Position numbers and translations under genes: made by a program. From an uncultured SAR86 cluster bacterium (GTDB lineage Bacteria; Pseudomonadota; Gammaproteobacteria; Magnimaribacterales; D2472), in the NCBI GenBank assembly GCA_902591925.1, contig CACJCN010000004.1, forward strand, positions 15,854-79,853: DNA of 64,000 nucleotides, given 5' to 3'. Shown here piece after piece: positions 58,764-64,000 of the stretch. Each line of letters starts with the position of its first letter. The first letter of the stretch is position 1. A model generated the notes under the pieces. It had not been told where the DNA came from. It did no database searches and was given only the letters and a program-made list of their open reading frames with translations.

Positions 58764-60962
58764 ATGCAGCTTAAACATATAAAACTCTCAGGTTTTAAAA
58801 GTTTCGTTGATCCAACGAAGATATCTTTTCCAACAAATATGGTCGGCGTTGTAGGTCCTAACGGTTGTGGAAAATCAAATGTAATTGATGCTGTTAGATG
58901 GGTGCTTGGTGAATTATCAGCAAAAAATCTTAGAGGTGAATCAATGGTGGACGTCATCTTCAACGGCTCAGAGAACAGAAAAGCTTCTGGGCAATGCAGT
59001 ATCGAGCTTTTATTTGATAATTCGAGTGCCAAAATAGGAGGAGAGTACGCTTCATTTAATGAGGTATCAATTAAAAGAGTTATGACAAGAGACGCTCAGT
59101 CTGATTATTTTATAAATAATACAAAATGTAGAAGGAAAGATGTACAAGATATATTCCTTGGAACTGGCCTTGGACCAAGCTCTTATGCAATTATTGAACA
59201 AGGGATGGTCAGTAAGCTTGTTAGTGCTAAACCGGATGAGCTAAGAACGCATATTGAAGAGGCTGCAGGAGTTTCAAAGTATAGAGAAAGAAGAAGAGAA
59301 ACAGAATCTAGAATTAAAAGAACTAGAGAGAATTTATCTCGAGTAAAAGATATTAGAGATGAAATTGGAAGATTAATAAAAAGACTTGAGAATCAGGCAA
59401 AAGCTGCTGAAAAATATAATGTACTTAAAAAAGATAAAGCAAAACTTGAACTGGATAAGGCCATTCTGTTTTCTATTGAAGCCAAAAGTAGCAGAGATGA
59501 TCTTCAAAAAAAATTAGATTCATTAAACAGAGACTTACAGATAAAAAATGCTGAATCTGAAACTATACAATCTCAAATAGATCAATTTAGAACCGAAAAT
59601 GAATCAGTTCTTAGCGAATATGAAGACGCTCAAAAGAATTTTTATGCTGTTGGTGCAGAAATAGCTAAAAGGGAAGCAAACCTTCAAAACATCAATAAAA
59701 ATGAACAAGAAACAAAGTCTAATTTAGAAAAAGTAAAACAAAACTACGAAAAAGCCAAGGAGACTGAAAAGAATTTTGAAGAGTTAAGTCCTAGTGAAAA
59801 GGCAATGCATATCCTTGATAGCATGATAAATACAATCGAGAAATATGGAATAAATAATGAAAATATCAGAGAAAAAGCTATTGAATTAAAAAGCTTGCTT
59901 ACAGATATACTTAATATAGCAACTGCCCAATCCAAGACATTAACTGAGGAGTATTTATCAAGACAAAATGATTTAGAAGACCAAATTGTAAATGCTGAAA
60001 AACTGAAAAAGTCTATCGAAGATGAAATGAAAGACTTTGTAGATAAAAGTTCTAGTGCTGAATCAGTTTTGATTTCCCTAAGGCAAAAACAATCTAAATT
60101 TAATGAAGAGTTGAGAGAGTTTGAAAATAAAAAATCTATTACAGATTTAGATGCTAGAACAATTTCTGAAAAGATCACAAATATAAGAATTGAGCAAAAA
60201 ACATATGAAATTAATTTAGATAATTCAAACAAAAAAATTAAAGAAGCTGGAATAGACATAGATAAAATAGATTTTTCTGAATATGAAGATATGACTACGG
60301 ATGAGCTTGAAGATAAGCTGGTCAATATTGAGACAAAAATAATAAAATTAGGAGCCATTAATTTAGCTGCGCCAGAGGAAATAGAAGAGGAATCAAAAAG
60401 AAAAGAAGAGCTAGATGAACAATATAATGACTTAACAGAAGCTTTAGAAAAACTTACTGGAGCAATAAAAAAGATAGATCAAGAAACCAAAACAATTTTT
60501 AAGGAAAGCTTTGATTCTGTTAATTCAAAACTAAATGAGATGTTTCCAAAACTCTTTGGTGGTGGGGTAGCTGAATTAACCTTGACTGAGGAGGATGCCT
60601 TAAATGCTGGTGTGATTTTAATGGCAAGACCTCCTGGAAAGAAAAATTCATCAATATCTCAATTATCAGGTGGTGAAAAAGCCTTGACTGCATTGGCCTT
60701 AGTTTTTGCAATTTTTGACTTAAATCCAGCACCTTTTTGTTTGCTAGATGAAGTAGATGCTCCTCTAGATGACTTGAATACATTAAGATTCATAAATATG
60801 GTCGAGGAGATGTCAAAAACTGTTCAGTTTATATTTATAACTCATAATAAAGTTTCAATGGAAAGAAGTGACTACCTTATGGGTGTAACAATGCAAGAGG
60901 CTGGAGTTTCGAGAATGGTATCGGTGGATGTTAATCAAGCTCTCGAATTGGCTGAATCCTAA
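58764..60962 (+). CDS. smc: Short SMC-family chromosome segregation ATPase (732 aa, no recognisable hinge)
   Basis: GPNGCGKSN, EEAAG, LGAINLAAPEE, LSGGEKALTAL, LDEVDAPLD; smc-zipA synteny. Confidence 0.9.
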   Translation: MQLKHIKLSGFKSFVDPTKISFPTNMVGVVGPNGCGKSNVIDAVRWVLGELSAKNLRGESMVDVIFNGSENRKASGQCSIELLFDNSSAKIGGEYASFNEVSIKRVMTRDAQSDYFINNTKCRRKDVQDIFLGTGLGPSSYAIIEQGMVSKLVSAKPDELRTHIEEAAGVSKYRERRRETESRIKRTRENLSRVKDIRDEIGRLIKRLENQAKAAEKYNVLKKDKAKLELDKAILFSIEAKSSRDDLQKKLDSLNRDLQIKNAESETIQSQIDQFRTENESVLSEYEDAQKNFYAVGAEIAKREANLQNINKNEQETKSNLEKVKQNYEKAKETEKNFEELSPSEKAMHILDSMINTIEKYGINNENIREKAIELKSLLTDILNIATAQSKTLTEEYLSRQNDLEDQIVNAEKLKKSIEDEMKDFVDKSSSAESVLISLRQKQSKFNEELREFENKKSITDLDARTISEKITNIRIEQKTYEINLDNSNKKIKEAGIDIDKIDFSEYEDMTTDELEDKLVNIETKIIKLGAINLAAPEEIEEESKRKEELDEQYNDLTEALEKLTGAIKKIDQETKTIFKESFDSVNSKLNEMFPKLFGGGVAELTLTEEDALNAGVILMARPPGKKNSSISQLSGGEKALTALALVFAIFDLNPAPFCLLDEVDAPLDDLNTLRFINMVEEMSKTVQFIFITHNKVSMERSDYLMGVTMQEAGVSRMVSVDVNQALELAES

Positions 60963-61586
60963 ATGAGTGTAAATTCTGAGATATATCTAATAGGACTCGC
61001 TATTTTGATATTTCTTATAATTACTTTTTTATTCATAAGAAAAGTCTCAAATAACGGTAAGTTAAAAGTTAAAATTGAGAAAGTTCAAGATTCATCAGAT
61101 TTAAATATTTCAGATGAGCCACATAAAAATCAACAATCTTTTGATTTTGATATAAATCAGTCAAAAGAGCAGGAATTAGTAATACTAAATCTAATTTCTA
61201 TGGATAGATCTATGTTTGATATGGATCAATTATTTGGTTTTTTATCAAATTATGGAGCAAAAACTTTGAATAATTATTTTGCTTTTTATCAAGATAATAA
61301 AACAGAAAAATTTCGGGTTATAAACGCTTTAAAACCAGGAACTTTTGAAGATGAAACTAAATCATTTGCTATCGCAGTCGTATCTGATTTAAATGTTGTA
61401 GATGACCCTTTAAATACAGTGAAACAAATGATCGAATTTTCAATTAATTTTGCAGAAAAATTTTATGCAACACTTTGTGATCAAGACAGAACTCCAATGA
61501 CAAAACAAATGATTTCACATATTGAGTCTAGAGCTCAAGATATAGCAAGATTAAAACAATTAAATATTTCTGATACGGAAAAATAA
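60963..61586 (+). CDS. zipA: Compact ZipA (TM plus FtsZ-binding domain)
   Basis: N-terminal TM, then LVILNL..NALKPGTF..M......F...L.D..R..MT.Q; follows smc. Confidence 0.7.
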   Translation: MSVNSEIYLIGLAILIFLIITFLFIRKVSNNGKLKVKIEKVQDSSDLNISDEPHKNQQSFDFDINQSKEQELVILNLISMDRSMFDMDQLFGFLSNYGAKTLNNYFAFYQDNKTEKFRVINALKPGTFEDETKSFAIAVVSDLNVVDDPLNTVKQMIEFSINFAEKFYATLCDQDRTPMTKQMISHIESRAQDIARLKQLNISDTEK

Positions 61587-61590
61587 ATAA

Positions 61591-62877
61591 ATGATAGAAC
61601 CTTGGAAGATTATTGAAGAACTTGAAAGTGATAACAGTCGATTATTTAAAGAAGGAGTAATAGAAAAGCATCTTAACGATAAAACTTTCCAAGAGGGACT
61701 TGTTATGTGTTTAGATCCTTTGACTACATTTGGAGTAAAACAAGTACCTGAATGTATTGAAGATGGGGCCGGTCTTGATTGGAGTGATTTTAAAAAAGCT
61801 GCAAACCAATTAATAGATAGAGAAAAAACTGGCCATGCTGCAAGAGATTTGATTATTGAATTAATTGAATCATCAAAGACAGATCAGTGGAATGATTGGT
61901 ATAGAAGAATCCTTATAAAGGACCTCAGGTGTGGAGTAAGTGAAAAGACGGTAAACAATGTTGCAAAAAAAATGGATTTAGAATTTAGAGTTCCTATTTT
62001 TTCTTGTATGTTAGCTCATGATGGCGCTAAACATCCAAAAAAAATTAAGGGTGATTGTTTAGTAGAGTATAAATATGATGGTGTAAGAGTTGTTGCCATT
62101 GTTAAAAATGGAAGAGCAACTTTATACAGCCGAAATGGAAAAATATTTAATAATTTTCCCCACATAGAAAGTGCTCTTAGTAAAAAAGAATTTAATAATC
62201 TTGTTTTTGATGGAGAAGTGATGAGCGATGATTTTCAGGCTTTAATGAAACAAGTTTATAGAAAATCAGGAGCAAAAACTGACGATGCTTATCTCGCTTT
62301 GTTTGACATTCTTCCTCTAAAAGAATTTAACAATGGAAAAAGTAGACTAAATTCAATTAATAGAAAAGAACAACTTAATAAATTGGCTCAATCTTTTGAT
62401 GATTCAATTAAGCTAGTAGATTATGAAATTATCAACTTTGATAATGATGATGGGCAAGCTAAATTTTCTAACATGAATAAAGAAGCACTTGAAAAAGGTT
62501 TTGAGGGTTTAATGATTAAACCTTGCAACAATTTTTATGAATGTAAAAGAAGTCATGCTTGGTTGAAAATAAAACCATTTATTGAAGTTACTTTGAAGGT
62601 AATCAAAATTCAAGAAGGAACTGGAAAGCATGAGGGCAAGTTAGGTGCTTTTCATGTTGAAGGTAATGATGATGGGAAGTTTTTTTCATTAAGTGTTGGA
62701 AGTGGGCTTACTGATGATGATAGAGAAAAATTTTGGGCTGCAAAAGATAAGCTTATTGGTAGAATGATCGAAATACGAGCAGATGCTATAACTCAAAGTA
62801 TTGAGGGCGAGCACTATAGCTTAAGATTTCCAAGATTTAAAAACTTTAGAGGATTTAAAGAGGATGAAAAGATTTAA
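61591..62877 (+). CDS. ATP-dependent DNA ligase
   Basis: KYDG (K161), SRNGK, FDGE, EGLMIK, KRSHAWLKIK, OB-fold VGSG and SLRFPRF; no LigA motifs or BRCT domain. Confidence 0.93.
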   Translation: MIEPWKIIEELESDNSRLFKEGVIEKHLNDKTFQEGLVMCLDPLTTFGVKQVPECIEDGAGLDWSDFKKAANQLIDREKTGHAARDLIIELIESSKTDQWNDWYRRILIKDLRCGVSEKTVNNVAKKMDLEFRVPIFSCMLAHDGAKHPKKIKGDCLVEYKYDGVRVVAIVKNGRATLYSRNGKIFNNFPHIESALSKKEFNNLVFDGEVMSDDFQALMKQVYRKSGAKTDDAYLALFDILPLKEFNNGKSRLNSINRKEQLNKLAQSFDDSIKLVDYEIINFDNDDGQAKFSNMNKEALEKGFEGLMIKPCNNFYECKRSHAWLKIKPFIEVTLKVIKIQEGTGKHEGKLGAFHVEGNDDGKFFSLSVGSGLTDDDREKFWAAKDKLIGRMIEIRADAITQSIEGEHYSLRFPRFKNFRGFKEDEKI

Positions 62878-63469
62878 ATATAGCTATTTATTATTATTAA
62901 TATTAATCATTCAATCTTGTGCAACTAGGCCTCCAGAAAATCCAGATAACATATGCTTAATTTTCAAAGAAAAAAAAAGTTGGTATAAAGCGGTAATTAG
63001 AAGTGAAAAAAGATGGAAAATACCACCTTACGTATTAATGTCATTTGTTTATCAAGAATCAAGTTTTCAGGCAGATGCCAGACCTGAAAGAGAAAAATTA
63101 TTAGGTTTTATTCCATGGTTTAGACCATCTTCAGCTGTAGGATATTCACAGGCTTTAACAAAAACTTGGGAAGATTATAAAGATGAAACTGGCAATACAA
63201 GAGCAAGTAGAAAAGATTTTGGAGACTCAGCTGATTTTATTGGCTGGTATGCTAGTAAGGGATACTATCAAGGTTTTGAAAAAACTGACGCACGTTCTTT
63301 ATATTTAGCATATCACGAAGGTTATGGAGGATTTGAAAAAAAGACATATAGGAAAAAGCAGTGGTTAATAAAAGTTGCTGACAGAGTTCAGGATAGATCT
63401 GCAAAATATCAAAAACAGTATTGGGGTTGTGCGAAAGAGTTGAAAAGGAAGAAATTTATATTTTTTTAA
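62864..63469 (+). CDS. SLT-like transglycosylase lipoprotein
   Basis: Lipobox IQSC, VYQESSF...A, SSAVGYSQAL..TW, YLAYHEG. Confidence 0.8.
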   Translation: MKRFKYSYLLLLILIIQSCATRPPENPDNICLIFKEKKSWYKAVIRSEKRWKIPPYVLMSFVYQESSFQADARPEREKLLGFIPWFRPSSAVGYSQALTKTWEDYKDETGNTRASRKDFGDSADFIGWYASKGYYQGFEKTDARSLYLAYHEGYGGFEKKTYRKKQWLIKVADRVQDRSAKYQKQYWGCAKELKRKKFIFF

Positions 63470-64000
63470 CTAGATGTTTTTAATTTCAAAATTCATTTTT
63501 TTCATTTCATCAATATAATTTTTTCCAGCTATTACAGATTTTTTAGATTCATTGAATAAATATTTTTGTGAAACATTAATTAAATCATTTAATGTTAAGT
63601 TCTTAACTAATGATCTCATCTCTAGTCTTTTTTCTAAATCTTTTTTATCAAGGTTCATTGAAAAATCACTCATTGCTTCACCAAAAGGTGATAACGGTTT
63701 ATCTATACTTGAAACTATTCCCAAGATTCCTTCGTCAAGTTGATCTTGCGTAATGTTTTTAAGTGACCATTCTCTAGATTTTTTAAATTCTTGAAATGTT
63801 TGAGAACATTTAGGATCACGATATGAGAAGAATTTAAAAATCTTGTTATTAGAGTCCTGCATCGCACCAGAACCATAGGCACCACCTTTTTCTCTTATAG
63901 CTGAATGTAAATATCCATTTCTAAGAACAGCACCAAGAACACTTAGTGCAGGAGCGTCTTTATGAAAAAAATCAACGGTTGGAAAAGCCTCAGCACAATA
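63470..64000 (-). CDS. Insulinase/presequence protease (M16C) C-terminal part; runs off the right edge
   Basis: Manual translation from base 64000: YCAEAFPTV..APALSVLG..L.NGYLHSAIREKGGAYG, then FFSYRDP. Confidence 0.85.
   Translation of the reverse strand, partial: YCAEAFPTVDFFHKDAPALSVLGAVLRNGYLHSAIREKGGAYGSGAMQDSNNKIFKFFSYRDPKCSQTFQEFKKSREWSLKNITQDQLDEGILGIVSSIDKPLSPFGEAMSDFSMNLDKKDLEKRLEMRSLVKNLTLNDLINVSQKYLFNESKKSVIAGKNYIDEMKKMNFEIKNI

Noticed and set aside
58760-60783. Minus-strand ORFs within smc (58760..59032, 59744..60358, 60520..60783)
   Set aside because: Antisense shadows of a Glu/Lys-rich coiled-coil gene; Ser/Phe/Leu-rich with no motifs.
58764-60962. smc as a frameshifted pseudogene, or as RecN/SbcC
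   Set aside because: Single open frame with both head halves, Smc-specific motifs (EEAAG, LGAINLAA, RPPGK) and smc-zipA synteny; no zinc hook.
61591-62877. Periplasmic LigE-type or NHEJ LigD ligase
   Set aside because: No signal peptide, no polymerase/phosphoesterase domains, no adjacent Ku gene.
5070-63743. Remaining short (60-105 aa) ORF-track entries nested in larger genes
   Set aside because: All overlap well-supported CDS on the opposite strand or in another frame and show no recognisable motifs.
1-64000. CRISPR arrays, rRNA genes, phase-variable homopolymer tracts
   Set aside because: No regularly spaced repeats or rRNA-like segments; A/T runs are as expected for an AT-rich genome and do not break ORFs.

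Overview
AT-rich, very compact bacterial chromosome segment with many abutting or overlapping genes. The gene set (acnB, purL, uvrB, alaS-lysC, ccmA-I, smc-zipA, a TonB-dependent receptor) points to a streamlined marine gammaproteobacterium, probably SAR86-like; this is an inference with no database check. About 60 CDS and three tRNAs (Asn-GTT, Ser-GCT, Arg-CCT) are supported. No rRNA, CRISPR, integrase, transposase or phage structural genes were seen. Main findings: (1) An accessory operon at 4143-9524 encodes an exported PD-(D/E)xK-like protein, a 4-TM coiled-coil protein, a membrane-anchored vWA protein, a MotA/ExbB/ZorA-like subunit with a long tail, a MotB-like helix apparently fused to a TonB C-terminal domain, and an OGFr-like protein. 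The A-subunit gene is bracketed by a 24-bp direct repeat, and the operon converges on a LexA-boxed umuDC operon. (2) The conserved smc-zipA-ligA locus is remodelled: SMC (732 aa) appears to lack the hinge and half of each arm, ZipA lacks its linker, and an ATP-dependent ligase occupies the position of NAD-dependent ligA. (3) A folE-maf-cysS-thrS-yidD block looks alphaproteobacterial. (4) Several genes show domain-level streamlining (SLT-only MltF, minimal Ogt, possible dual-start cyclophilin). Family assignments come from motif recognition by eye and need HMM or structure confirmation.
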